Assembly (NCBI RefSeq): GCF_026571515.1 | Contig: NW_026865709.1 | Coordinates: 62,001-126,000 of the forward strand | Direction of reading: 5' to 3' | Source of the DNA: Ruditapes philippinarum | Lineage: Eukaryota | Length of the DNA stretch: 64,000 bases | Part shown: positions 39,801 to 53,664 of the stretch, in pieces | How positions within the stretch are numbered: the stretch's first letter is position 1 | Layout: every line of letters starts with the position of its first letter | Program-made: the position numbers and the translations under genes | Notes under the pieces: model-generated | The model's database searches: none | The model's input: the letters and a program-made list of their open reading frames with translations, nothing else | Told to the model about the DNA's origin: nothing

Positions 39801-42403
39801 TTATTTAAATATCACAACTATTTACAAATTATATATTGTCAACACATGTTTACCAGAAGTATCTCCAACAACGCTGCTACTGTTTCAATATCGCTGTCAA
39901 AATCGTGTTTAATCCTCTCATAAATATTGTGCCATTGATTGTTGTACAGTTGCTGGTATCTATCTGCCAGATTGAACGGTAATTCTGTTTCGCAAACATT
40001 TCTTGCAGACTCAACGTCATCTTCAGTTTTTCCTGTAGGTCTGCTTCTAAAAGAGGGATACATACAGTTGTTATTTAAATACAGAGCTTTTTACATCTAT
40101 TAACATACAAGCTGCTGTTGTTTATATGTCCCTTAATAATATTCATTCAAAATCATAAGGGAAATCTTTTAACATATTACATAACTCAAACATAAACCTT
40201 TCTTGTTTTTCGTGTAATTCGAAAAAAAGAACTCACATTACTTTCGCATCTTCAAGGTCTGCGTCAGATTCACCAGCACGATCATCGTTCGTGTGTTTTG
40301 CTTTATCGTCATGTTCATCAAATGGTTCTCCTGATTGTACAGTGTGGTATTCTTTAATAGTTTTATGGCGTTTTATTTTAAAATTCCTTGTATCCTCCCC
40401 ATCATAATCATCATAATTTCCCTGATCATCTGTATAATGTGCACTATTTCCTTTATCATCGTTAAATGAATGATGACCCTCTAGTCCGTCTGCATCAATT
40501 TTGCCCGTTAGTTCATCAAATGTACTGTTACTTTCATTTATTGCCGTGTTATCTAATTTACTCATTTCGCTTTTAACATTGATGCTACCCGACGGTATAA
40601 GATCTCCTGTAAGCTCAGGTACGTTGCTTTGATCTTTATTTTCTGTGCATAATTCTCCTGACACAGTCTCTGTTTGATTATCTTTTCTTTGGTCACAACT
40701 GTTTAAATCTAGTTCTTTTGCTATTTTTTGTACTTCTTGTTCTGCGGTCTGAACTTTAAGCTTTTGTTCCTTAATAATCTCATCATATCTTTTTTCAGTA
40801 TCTGACAACTTATTTTTCCATTCCCGGATGTCACAGTCGTATTTATTCTTTAGCATTTCAATGTCCCTTTGAAGTTTTTGAACATCTTGTTCGTATGATA
40901 TCATTTGTTTTCTGTCATCAATTAGTCTTGCAACGTCCCGTCTTAAATTATTCCTTTCATTGCGATACCGCTTACAAGTAGATTCTGAGTCAGCTAAGCG
41001 TCTTTCCAGGTCTGTTACCTTCTTTCTTGATTCTTCTAATTCATATTTTGCTTTTTCTGCAATCTATTCAGATGTAGATCTATGTAATTACCGTATTATA
41101 ACTATCTCTTAATCTGTCAAATTTAAACGTTACTATAAAATGTTGTTTTGCATTTTTGCTGACATACAGCTGATTAAATGAAGTTTCCGTGGTAAAAACA
41201 TTTATAAACCTACTGTCTGTAAAACATATTTTGATATTTGAAAAGCATTTGTCATACCAGCGAACTAAATTCAAGACATAATACATAATGTATGTTTTTG
41301 TCAGATACAATGAAGCTCATCATTTTCAATTTTTATATAAACATGTCTTAACACGTAGATAACATAATTAAAACGTTTAAAACTCGCCTTACTATCATAT
41401 AACTCTTTTATGGTCAGACTGATATTAAGGTATGACCCCCATGCATTTCCTTCTCTTTAAAAAGTATTCAAATAGGCTAGAATAACTGAAAAGCTGTATT
41501 TAATCTGAAGGCGTGGATTAAAACTCCAGAAGGGTCAAGCTTAATTTTTTCCTTTCTTCTTTTAGCATTATTTATGTATCTCTCAGACCCCTCTTGGAAA
41601 ATGTTTAGTTCTAATTATATAGAATGCAATTATTATAGGTATTAATTGGCTTAACTGCTAAATTAAATAACAAAAAATATGGTACCTGACAATTTCAAAG
41701 TCTAATGAAATCAACAGTACACTGTGAATTTATACAATGAATAATATTTGACAAGTCCAGCCAACATACAAATGCAAATTTAGGCAAACTTTGAAAACAG
41801 TCCCCTTTTTGGTAAATATCAAGGATATTTTGAAAAAGGCTCTCTAAGTAGGAAAATGGTAAAACAAGTGTTTAACATTGGTGGGATAGGGTATATATTA
41901 TAAAAAGAAACAATCATTTTCTTATGTGAGTTATAAGGTAAATGTTTTTTTTTTCAACAATTATCAGAGGGAAAACATTTTTTATGATGATGACTTTATA
42001 AATTATTTAGAGTTTCCTTATTTCTGAAATAGGAACCTTCTAATAGCCAAGCTAGTTCAGTAAACAATGTCTATATCTCGTAAATCGTACAGTAAATTTT
42101 GTTTAACCTTAACCCTAGATGTCCTTTGAGGCATATAACTGACCTTTGTTGTCAATTTTACAGTTACTTATAGTGACGATTAGGGGGTCATACCTTCATC
42201 GAAGGAAATGCAATGACTTTAGAAATTATCTTGATATGTACCTTCTTATCTTCTTTGTAGTTCTCACATATTTTCATTGTATCTTGAAGTTCGTTATTGA
42301 TGTTTGCCAGCTTAACTCTTAAGTGTTCCGTTGCATCTGGCGAATCACTTTGAGTCTCAATTTTATCATCTCCGGTCACTGTGTCGTTTTTAGTCCCCGA
42401 CAT
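36807..42403 (-). CDS. Divergent coiled-coil protein with Mieap-like domain and long C-terminal tail, 'gene 2', about 841 aa
   Basis: Exons 42403-42242, 41063-40237, 40046-39854, 39583-39503, 38574-38485, 38334-38230 and 37874-36807; GT-AG, in frame (2526 nt). Same intron phases and the same 81/90/105-nt exon sizes as gene 1. Motifs LADRYQQLYNNQW, ECFEFCWLLAIQDDP and FDLDIYNPYNNSGPYIKYVVWPALQYTSNGSIFAKGVAE. Confidence 0.88.
41429..42194. mobile_element. Possible Kolobok-like MITE in the first coding intron of gene 2
   Basis: 12-bp TIR GGTATGACCCCC / GGGGGTCATACC, flanked by TTAA and TTCA. Confidence 0.5.
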
Positions 42404-43782
42404 TTTATAAAATCTTGCTAAAATTATTCAATTATAAACTTTGTCATTTTCCATAGCCAAACATGATACAAAAACCAATAACTTAACAATCATGCAAAGT
42501 AAAGTTTATGAGTTTAAAAACAAAATTTCTTTTTCAATTTTATCCCACGAAACGAAGTCAAATAAAGAATAGAGACCAAACACATAAAAATATACAATGT
42601 ATATTTTATTTTTCCGATAATCTTCATATTAAAGAATCTATTCTTTTATCAAATATTAATCTTTATATACGTTATATATATTTACGTAATATAATTTTTA
42701 CATACCTAGTAATATTTTATTAACGATTTCCAACAAGCAAGTAAATGCAAACAATGTTAAACAGTTTTAACGAGTTAATTATTTGAAGAGTCCTTCGTGT
42801 CATGTCTTTTATTCGTTTTTATTTTTAATGTACATGTATAGATTTGAGAACATTTGTATTAATCAAACTTCGATCAATCGATCTTCATGTGCACACTTGA
42901 ATATTTATTGAATAAAATGTATTTGAACGTACAGAATTTCAAAGAGACGGTTCATGCTATATAGGTTTTTTCTTATTTTTAGCTTTTAAAATAACCGATA
43001 ATTTGAGGTAAATACACACGTGTGTATCTATAAAACTATCTAAGGATAGCGACAGACAATCAGAGTTTAAATTTTAACAACAAACGCATTGAACTTTAAC
43101 GGAAATTACATTGATTGTGCAACCAAGACATTGAACTTTTTATACCGTATTAACTTAAGCCAGATCGTATTCAACAAGTCAACTTCACAGAGATTTAAGT
43201 GTTTTAAATGATACCTACACATGTTTAAATAATAACCAATTATCATTTATATACTTATAAATGAAATATTGAGAACTATTAATGAAATAAAATTCGTATT
43301 TTCATTTTCCCTGTGAAAATGAATTATTGACTGCAGTGAAACATATCTTCCGTATTTTCCCTGGTGTCTTACAGGGCTATTTTATTCAAAATCTGCCAGT
43401 ACACAAAATGTAAGAGAGTATTTTCAAATTCTAATGTCAAAAAAGAGAAAAATGTGATTTATTTTTGTATTAGAAACTTGATTATTATATTTTACAATTA
43501 AATTTAAGGATGAGAAATTTGCGTACAGAAGGTATTTTGTAAAAAAATATTAAGTTGATCAACTAAACTTAAAGGAAAGATCAATTGTATATCTTAATAT
43601 TAATTTTAAATCTTTTTACAATAAAAGGTTAGTAAGATGATGATGTAGGAAATTTGACCAAAATATACTACAAGTGTTTTAATTGGAATGCGGAAATAGT
43701 TTTAATATCAGCAGCATATTATCCTATATCTAATAAAACATTATTTAAATGTTTAATACTTCAAAGTACAACAGTGCTGATA

Positions 43783-44686
43783 TACTGAATGCCGTTAGGG
43801 CCATCGCCTATGAATTGTTTGATCTGAAACTCGATACTCGACAGTACGATGATGAAAACGCAAAATCACGAAACTACGATGGTGAAAACGCGACAGTACG
43901 ATGATGAAAACACGACAGAACGATAACGAAAACGCGATAATACGACAGTACGATGATGATAATACGATAAACTATCGTGTTTTTTAATCATCGTACTTTC
44001 GCGTTTTCACCATTGCAATATCATGATTTCGCGTTTTCATCATCGTACTATCGTATTTTCACCATCGTACTATCGCTTTTTCATCATCGTACTGTCGTGT
44101 TTTCATCATCGTACTATCGCGTTTTCAACATCGTACTGGCGTTTTTTCATCATCGTACTAACGCGTTTTCATCATCGTACTATCACGTTTTCATCATCGA
44201 ACTATCGCGTTTTCATCATCGTACTATCGCGTTTTCATCATCGTACTGTCGTGTTTTCATCATCGTACTATCGCGTTTTCAACATCGTACTCTCGTGTTT
44301 TCATCATCGTACTATCGCGTTTTCATCATCGTACTATCGCGTTTTCATCATTGTACTTTCGCGTTTACACCATCGTACTTTCGCGTTTTCATCATCGTAC
44401 TATCGCGTTTTCATCATCGTACTATCGCGTTTTCATCATCGTACTATCGCGTTTTCATCATCGTACTATCGCGTTTTCATCATCGTACTATCGCGTTTTC
44501 ATCATCGTACTATCGCGTTTTCATCATCGTACTATCGCGTTTTCACCATCGTACTATCGCGTTTTCATCATCGTACTTTCGCGTTTTCATCGTAGTTTCG
44601 TGATTTCGCGTTTTCACAATCGTACTATCGACTATCGCGTTTAAATTCAACACATTCATAGGCGATGGCCCTAACGGCATTCCGTA
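43783..44686. mobile_element. IS3EU-type MITE (copy d) containing a homogeneous 22-bp tandem array
   Basis: TIR TACTGAATGCCGTTAGGGCCATCGCCTATGAAT / ATTCATAGGCGATGGCCCTAACGGCATTCCGTA; exact TSD CTGATA (43777-43782 and 44687-44692); unit CATCATCGTACTATCGCGTTTT switches strand near 43970. Confidence 0.9.
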
Positions 44687-44860
44687 CTGATAAGGTAGAA
44701 ATTTCCTTCTGTTTGTTATACTATATTATTTGTTTGTTTGTAGTGAATATAGCATAAATATAGTAAACAAGTTAGCAGCAAATTTTAAACTATTTTCCAC
44801 AACGCAAATTTCGTAATGGCATTTTTCTTGCACATTGATAAAAAAACTAGTAAGTCAGAC

Positions 44861-47210
44861 TATGGAACGCCATAGCTGCATCATTTTGTTTTATTTCGTT
44901 TTATTTTTCTCTAAAAGCGTCTTATTATGTATAATAGAAGTGTTGGCTTGCCAACATTTTATGGGAACCTGTTGTAACGAAGTCTTATTAGGTCAAATAT
45001 TCATTTTATCTTGTCAAAACGTAGTGCTGAATTGTCTAAACACTGTCTTATTATTTCAAAACGTCATGTTATCATGTGTAAATCTGGTGTTAACATGCCG
45101 AATGGAAGTCTTAATATGTATAACATGCACGCCATTTTTTCGAATAAAGATTTCATTATGTTTGAACAAAGACTTGTTTAAATGTTGTGTTGAATTGCCT
45201 TGAAATTGTCTTATCATGTGAAACAGTAATGTTATCTTGTCGGAAGTTGGTGTCATCTTGTCCAAATGTGATCCTGGTATGTTATGACACTGTTGTATAA
45301 TGTTATACTGTCGTTTTGTCTTGTCCAAATGTGATATTGACTTGTCTAAACACCGTCACATTTTGTCAGGCTGCGATGTCATTGTGTTCAAATTCGGTGT
45401 TATCTTGCTTAAAGAATGTCTTTTATGTCAAAATAGCATGCTGTCTTGTCCAACCGTTGTGGTAATTTGTCTAGAAAGTGTCTTATTATGTGAAACAGTA
45501 GTGTTATCTTGTCAGAACTTGGTGTCAACTTGTCAAACTCATGTCTTATTATGTTGGCTAGTAGTGATATCTTGTTCAACCGTTATATTGACCAGGCTGA
45601 GTGCTGTCCTGTTTTGTCAAAATGTTTTGTTGCTTTGTATGAGGTGGTGTTATTCTGTCTAACTGTGCCAAAACATCATGCTGTCTTGTCTGAAACTGTT
45701 GTTATCCTGTTAAAATATACTTATTATTTGAAATACTAATGTTGACTTGCCAATAAATTGTGTTTGTTTGTGTAAACGTTATTTTATTATGTCAAACAGT
45801 ATTTTTGACTTGTCGAAAGATGGTATTGACATGTCTAAACACTGCCTTATTTTCTCAGATCGCCATGTTATTTTGTCCAAACTTTATGTTAACCGGCCTA
45901 AACACCGTCTTATTATGTGAAATAATGGTGGTATCTTTACCAATTATGGTTATGAACTGTTAAAACGCTATTTTAATTTGTCTAACTGTCATGCTATTAT
46001 GTCCAAATGCAGATTCAACTTGTCTATCTCCATCTTATTATGTCAAATAGTCATATCATCTTGTCGAAACGTGGTGATGACTTGTTTAAAATTACTATCT
46101 TTTTGTCAAAGTGTGATTTTATTTTGTCAAGGTTCGGTGTTATTGTTACTAAACATTGTCCTTTTATGGCGAAGTATCTTTTTTTCCTTTTCAAAGGTGG
46201 TGTTTACTTGTGGAAACACAGTATCATTATGTTGACTTGCCAGTTTATGACGTTAACATGTCTAAATCCCGTCTCATTATGTCAGATTAATCGTGTTATC
46301 CTGTCCAGATGCGATGTTGTCAAAATTTAGTATCACGTGACCAGAGCCCGCGCGGAGCGATAAAAGATAGAGCAAAAACGATAACGGGACAGTTAAGGAA
46401 AATCAGACAGCGCTTTCTCAAGACAGAACTAAATTTGAAGAAATTTACACAATTATCAGACATAATAAGACTGTTTCTGTGTTTTACAAGAAAACGTCAA
46501 ATTTCGACAATATAACACTTCTGTTTTACATTATAAGAAAGAGTTTAGACAAGTCATTACCACATTTCGACAAGATACAGCAATTTTTTGACTTTATAAG
46601 ACTGAGTTTTAACCAGTCAAAACTGCTTTTTGACAACATAGCATACAGTTTATCATAATAATGCATGATTTAGCCCAGTCAACACCCCATTTCGGCAAGA
46701 TAATTCGAATATTTGATATAAAAAGACAATTCAGTAGTGTACGTTGGCAAATTAACACAGTTGTTTGACACAATAAGACAATGTTTAGGCATTTAAACAC
46801 CGTATTTTGACAAAATAACATGGCAGTTTGATAAAATAAAGCTGTGCTTTTACAAGTCAACACCAAATTTCGACAAGAGAACACTACTGTTTCAAATGAT
46901 CAGACAGTCTTTTGAAAAAACAGCTCCACAATTTGACCAAATAGCGCGACTAGTTGACATAATATGACACATTTCAGACAAGCCAAAACGACATTTTTGA
47001 CATGATAACACTACTGTTTGAAATAATTAAACAATGTTAACACAAGTCAACATCACATTTTAAAGAGATAAGACTACTGTTAGATGTAATAAGGCAATGT
47101 TTAGACCAAGTCGACAAATTACAATGCTTATATTTGACATAATAAGACGCTTTCTGAGAAAGATAAAAAAAAATGTAAAATAAAACACGAGGCAGCTATG
47201 GCGTTCCATA
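44861..47210. mobile_element. IS3EU-type element (copy e), 2.35 kb, with degenerate ~21-bp periodic arms
   Basis: TIR TATGGAACGCCATAGCTGC / GCAGCTATGGCGTTCCATA; exact TSD TCAGAC (44855-44860 and 47211-47216); TTGTC-rich left arm and GACAA-rich right arm meet at a GC-rich core TCACGTGACCAGAGCCCGCGCGGAGCG near 46333-46360. Confidence 0.9.
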
Positions 47211-48558
47211 TCAGACAATATCAATAATGGCGCCAAATGATTCTACATTTATGACGTTCCCGTGACGTTTCAATAAAACCAGTTATATGTTATATTTATG
47301 TTGAGTGAATATGATATATATCTGAGTGATAAGTCAGTGAAGCATTGGAACACAAAAGCAAGTTAACAAATATGACATATGACGTAGTTCATTTAGTGGA
47401 TTTGCAAACAAAGAATAATTCATTTTTATAGTCATCTGTTAACTATTTCAGTGAAATTATATACAATGTCATAGAGAACAAAACGTAAAACCTACTTTTA
47501 TGCAAATTTATGAAATCAGACAAAAATTATGCATAAGACGAGAAAGACTCGACTGCGTTATATTGCTTATAGTTAGTGACATACAGTGAGTGATATTGAT
47601 TTTATATCATATTCAAAAGGTTAACATTAAATATAAACAATTGAAATATTTTGAAAAGCTCTGATATGTGTACTACAAGCTCTGATATATGTACTACACA
47701 GGTAACAATAAATGTATCATTTACCCAATATAATCTGTCCATATATCTTATGATGATATTTTTTATTATTACCCACTCACGTAATGTTAATTTCCCAAAA
47801 GCCTCTGGGAGTTATTATTACTGTTAAAGCAAGTGTACCACGTGACAAAGAATTTTGTACTGTTACATAGGTAACAGTATTTTAAACAGCATAAAATCTG
47901 GTCAGGTGGTCTATTTTCTAAATAAAATGAAATAAAATGGCCGCCACTTTTCTCTCGATTCATTCTTATTTTCGACGATACAGCCTAGGGCATCGCTAAA
48001 GTAACTATTACTCTCATAAAATTTAGTTCTTTGCACCCTAGCGTTCTTTTCGAGTATAAAATATCTTTTTGTTGAATAGTCAAAAAGTAAACATAAGTTT
48101 TCAACGGAAGTTATTGCAATGTGAATAATTTTTTGTCAAACTGGAACATGCAGGCGATTAAAGCATGCAACAAAGGATTATTTAACAATTTTAACCAGTG
48201 AAACGTTACAGATACAGTTGGTGGACAGACATCTGTATGATATCATCGTTATTTTGTAAACGCACTTTGTCAAAAACCATGCGAAGAATATTCTGGATGC
48301 AGAGCGTTCAGATTTCACAGATCATAACCTTACAAATGGGTTAGTGTTTTAATTTTTTTTTATTGTATGTTTATGACTGGTAGGTATCATCACTTGCTTA
48401 AAGAATAATAGAAAAACATCTTCTCAATTAGGCCTACAGTATACTTAAAACTTACAAGGTAAGGACAGATTAGTTATTGCTACTCTTGGTTTATTTTTGT
48501 TACAGTTAGATTTAGTTTAAAAATTCAGATCATCACAGTATTTGTTCGGGGTAATAAA

Positions 48559-48679
48559 ATAAATAACACATAGGTTTGCGGGTAACAGTAAAATTATCAT
48601 CCCTCGTAAAAATACTGTTTACAGTATTTTTCTCGAGATGATATATTTACTGTTACCCACAAACCCACGTGTTATTTAT
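48559..48679. repeat. Short foldback palindrome
   Basis: ATAAATAACAC...GGTTTGCGGGTAACAGTAAA pairs with TTTACTGTTACCCACAAACC...GTGTTATTTAT around an inner AAAAATACTGT/ACAGTATTTTT pair. Confidence 0.75.
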
Positions 48680-48914
48680 ATAGTATGTATTTCGACAAAT
48701 ATTCAAAAGAACAAAAACAAAAAAACAATAAATCCATGAAATATCCGCAGATATGTTTGTTGATAAAAGAGTTAAATATTTTTTTTCAATTCATATATAT
48801 GCACATAAAAAACAGAAAAATAAATGACAGCAAATGTTATCGTTTCTGGTGAATGAGAATCAAAGTTTATTAAGAACGGGAAGAGTCAATGTCAATCATT
48901 CTGACATGTATAAT

Positions 48915-50625
48915 TAAATATCGTACTGCCATGTATTACCATAACTATATATATCGTATTGCCGTATATTATCATAACTATATATCGTACTGCTTAATTA
49001 ATATAACTATTTATCGTACTGTCGTGTATAACCATCACTATATATTGAACTGTTGTGTATAGCCATTACTGTATATTGTACTGCCGTGTATTACAATAAC
49101 AATATATCGAACTGCAGTGTGTTACCATATAACTTTATATCGAACTGTCGTGTATTATATTAACTATATATCATATGGCCATGTATTATCATAAATATAT
49201 ATTATACTGCCATGGATAACCATAACTTTATATAATACATCCGTATATTACCATAACTATATATCGTACTGCCGTGAATAACCATAAGTTTTTATCGAAA
49301 TGTCGTGTATAACCATAACAATATATCGTCCTGTCGTGTTTTGCCATAACTCTATATCGCGATCCCGTGTATTACAATAACAATATATATCGTACTACCG
49401 TGTATTATCATAACTTTATATCGTACCGCCGTGTAAAACCATAACTATTAATCGTACTGCCGTATATTATCATAACTATATATTGTACTGTTGTGTATAG
49501 CCATAGATATATATCGTACTGCCGTGTATTACCATAACTGTATATCGTACTGCCATGTAATACCATTACTATATATCGTACTGTCATTTATTACCATAAC
49601 TCTATAATTATTGTACTGTTGTGTATAGCCATAAATATATATCGTACTGCCGTGTATTACCATAACTGTATATCGTTCTGCGGTGTAATACCATTACTAT
49701 ATATCGTACTGCCATTTATTACCATAACTCTATATTGTACTGTTGTGTATAGCCATAAATATATATCGTACTGCCGTGTATTACCATAACTGTATATCGT
49801 ACTGCCATTTATTACCATAACTCTATATTGTACTGTTGTGTATAGCCATAAATATATATCGTACTGCCGTGTATTACCATAACTGTATATCGTACTGCCG
49901 TGTAATACCATTACTTTATATCGTACTGCCATTTATTACCATAACTCTATATTGTACTGTTGTGTATAGCCGTAACTATATATCGTTCTGCCGTGTATTA
50001 GCATAACTATATATCGTACTGCCGTGTATTTTCAAAACTGTATAACGTACTGCCGTGTATAACCATAAGTATATATTGAATTTTTGAGTATAGCCATACC
50101 AATATATAGTACTACCGTGTATTACCATAACTATATATCCTACTGCCATGTGTAACCATAACTATATATCCTATTGTCGTGTATTACCATAACTATATAT
50201 CCTACTGCCATGTATTACCATAACTATATATCCTACTGCCGTGTATTATCCTACTGCCATGTATTACCATAACTATATATCCTACTGCCATGTCTTACCA
50301 TAACTATGTATCCTACTGCCATGTATTACCATAACTATATATCCTACTGCCATGTATTACCATAACTATATATCCTACTGCCGTGTATTATCCTACTGCC
50401 GTGTATTATCCTACTGCCATGTATTACCATAACTATATATCCTACTGCCATGTATTACCATAACTATATATCCTACTGCCATGTATTACCATAACTATAT
50501 ATCCTACTGCCATGTATTACCATAACTATATATCCTACTGCCGTGTGATACCATAACTATTTATCATACTGTTGTGTATTGTCATAACTATATATTGTAC
50601 AGTTGTGAATTACTTTAACTATGTA
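48915..50625. repeat. Minisatellite, 31-bp unit, about 55 copies
   Basis: Unit TATATCGTACTGCCGTGTATTACCATAACTA; the right-hand block has a homogenised TATCCTACTGCCATG variant. Confidence 0.97.
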
Positions 50626-50946
50626 TATATGAAGGAATTACCGCAGTGATTACGAAAGAAACTTTTTAAAGGTAGGTGATCTTTGTTTTTTCTCTTTTCA
50701 ATTTTATTTGATGCGTAGATTACAACGAAACGCTTAAACAAGTTTTTCAATGATATATATGTAAAAGCGTGACTAAAAGTGTTTTTTTTTGTTTCGTAAT
50801 GCGATCAATAATTTCCGCTACTCTTTTCCGTGATAAAGAAGGAATATACTACCTCACTTTGTTGACCTTTATGTCAGTTAAACTCAAGTGTAAATATTTT
50901 CCGCTGATAAAATATTTATTGTACTGTGTTATTGCGGCGTGTTTTA

Positions 50947-51704
50947 GGCCGTGTCTACACCTATTCAAGTTTCTTACATGTCGCATTTAGATAAGCTAAA
51001 TAAATGGCCCTTTCAACATTTTTTCAGGCACAATTTTTACTGAAATGTCTCATTAAGATAGCCCAGGATTTATACCTTTGTCTTTGCAAGACTATCATGT
51101 TTCTGTAAAATATGTGAAAAAAGCGGGAAAATGATGCATTTAGCTAAAACAGAATGCGTTCATTCTTTTTTAAAATTGAAAAAATGTGACAAAAATTTAT
51201 TTTGATGCAAATTCTTTATTTGATGAAAATTATTCACTAAATGAACAAGATCATTTTAAATCCATTTTGACTCTACTTGAAAATGAGCTCTTTTTTATTT
51301 TTTACAATGTATTTATTTTTTAATTTTTTTTTATTTATTTATTTTTTTTGCTCTTCTGTGTATCAGCGTATTGATTTGTTCCTTTGACCAAGACATTGTC
51401 ATCATTTACTGAAATTCAAAGGGCATGTACACTGAATCAACAACAAAAAGTCAGAAAATAATAAAAAAATAACAGCACTATCAAACCTTCGGGCACATGT
51501 TTTGTGTCAAACTGGTGTTATCAGTGTCTTGACAGCCAAAAACTTGTAGAAAAATAGAACGTGTTCTAAATTTCTTGCAAGGAATCATCTTCTTGGATGT
51601 CACATAATTTCTCTTTAAAACTCATTCAAGTAGGGTGTCTACACTATCCAATACAAGAGAATATGATACTTGCATTCAAGACTTGGATAGGTGTAGACGG
51701 GCCC
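50947..51704. mobile_element. PIF/Harbinger-like MITE
   Basis: Left GGCCGTGTCTACACCTATTCAAGT versus reverse complement of right end GGGCCCGTCTACACCTATCCAAGT (20 of 24 match); TTA on both flanks. Confidence 0.7.
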
Positions 51705-53664
51705 TTAGAAAAATATCAAAAAAAGTGTTCAGATATAATATCTTCATAAAATCAGTTGATAAGATTAAACCGGGATTGAAAAATAACTACAAGAAAGCGA
51801 TATTTGGTTTAAATTGAAATTAAATAAAATAAAATTGAAATTACATTAAATGGGGAATGTCATGTAAGTATGAGAATGAAGGTAGACAAATCATTTTAAT
51901 AGTTGCTCATCATAATTTGTACGCTTATTTCCCTTGTACGAGGTATTTATTATGAAAGTATAATAACATTTCATAAATCATAATGGTGGCAATGGTTTTG
52001 TGTATAACACTAATAATCTCAATTATATGCAAAGTTAGCTACAATTGAACTGAAATATTGATGTACAGTTATATGTGTACATCTTCTAGACTTGAAACAG
52101 CAGTTTTGGTTTAAGCAAAGTATAAGTGATAATTTGTTGACTTGTCGTGACTTACTAGCTAGGGTTGTAGTGCTACAAAGGGTCGTCTCCTCCGGTTACA
52201 ACCACGTGACACGTACCACCCACAGGACTTGGGGAAGATCGACATGAACAAATACCCCCCCCCCCCCCCGATGTGTCAACAGATGTTGACCTGCATAGTG
52301 TATTTGAATGCTGGATCGCCGGATATTGATTTCAAAATGACAAAATGGTTGATCCCATACAGAATGACACTGTTGAATGATATTTTAAAGAACCAAAATG
52401 TATGGGAACACATAAATAATAACGCAAAAAAAAACGTTTTCGTGCAGAAATATTGGGTCTACTTTTAAATTAACTAATCTAAACTACTGTTAAAAGTCTC
52501 AAAAATGTCCCATAATGCAATTTATTGTCCAGGTAAAAAATTCTTTTAGATAATACTTATTTCTTTTACGCAACAAATAATCTTTTTAGAACATTTTTAT
52601 GCTTTTAGGGATAAATTTGTGTCCATTTAAATATTTTTAACCCATAAACATTTGTGTAGAACATAATTAATTCTATTTACATATTTATTTAAAGGGGATA
52701 AATGCATTTTCATCCTTTTAATATTTTTCTTAAATTTGAATATCGCCCACCTTTATATACTCCCGGCCATCTGATTTGTCAATTAAATCATTAATACTGC
52801 GTGGAAACGTGTCTTTATGTTAACCGTTTGAAATGGTATTTTCACATTCAATATGATGTACTCAAAGCTACACCTGTCATACTAGTTTATGAAGCTTAAG
52901 AACTTTTTCATAAAAAAATGATGGCTAATGTATTGTCAAATATTCCTTTCCCTTAAGATATGTATACATGTACACTTTATTTACAAAATGATCGCCTTAT
53001 GAACTCTATTTGTACAGCATTATTATATCAAAATGAAATAACTCGGTTCTACAGATTATACATTGCTCAGAATCCCGGGTTCATTAAATTTATACAGTAC
53101 GCATCAATATTGTAAAACTATGTAGGCAACATACTTAAAAATGGATTAAACTCAAAACAGGACTGGAGAAAAACTTCAAGACGCTTGCAGAAATCATGAT
53201 CACAAAATATACATATATCTTTTTTATTCTCGCCGAATCTTACATTTTAATTAATTATAAAAAAAATAGTGTTAAAAGATGAATTAGACTTTCTAAAGTT
53301 CAACCATAACCCTATGTGAAAAGGCAAGATTTAACATTTAATCATTCAATCGCCTTACCCGGTATATATACCAGAATACGGTATTTAGTGTGTTGCAAAT
53401 TTCAAGTACGAATGTTATTTTCAATAAAAGTAACATTGTAAAAGGTATCTGTTGAATTTAATACCTAAAGAAACAATGAGTGCAACCCTGGCTAAAATTA
53501 TATGTGCACATGATTTAATGATTGTTTGCTTTGATTTATAGGCTTTGATGATTTAAAGTCCTGTTAAACAAACATGGGTGGCGTCTTTAATACCTGGTAT
53601 CAAAAATTGTCTGGTTTTCTTTTCAATTTTTACTTGTTTAGTGATATGGTAATCTCATGTTTAA

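Noticed and set aside
43977-46884. Long hydrophobic or Cys-rich ORFs up to 208 aa
   Set aside because: They arise from the 21-22-bp periodic interiors of two TIR- and TSD-bounded elements, are open in several frames at once, and show no transposase motifs.
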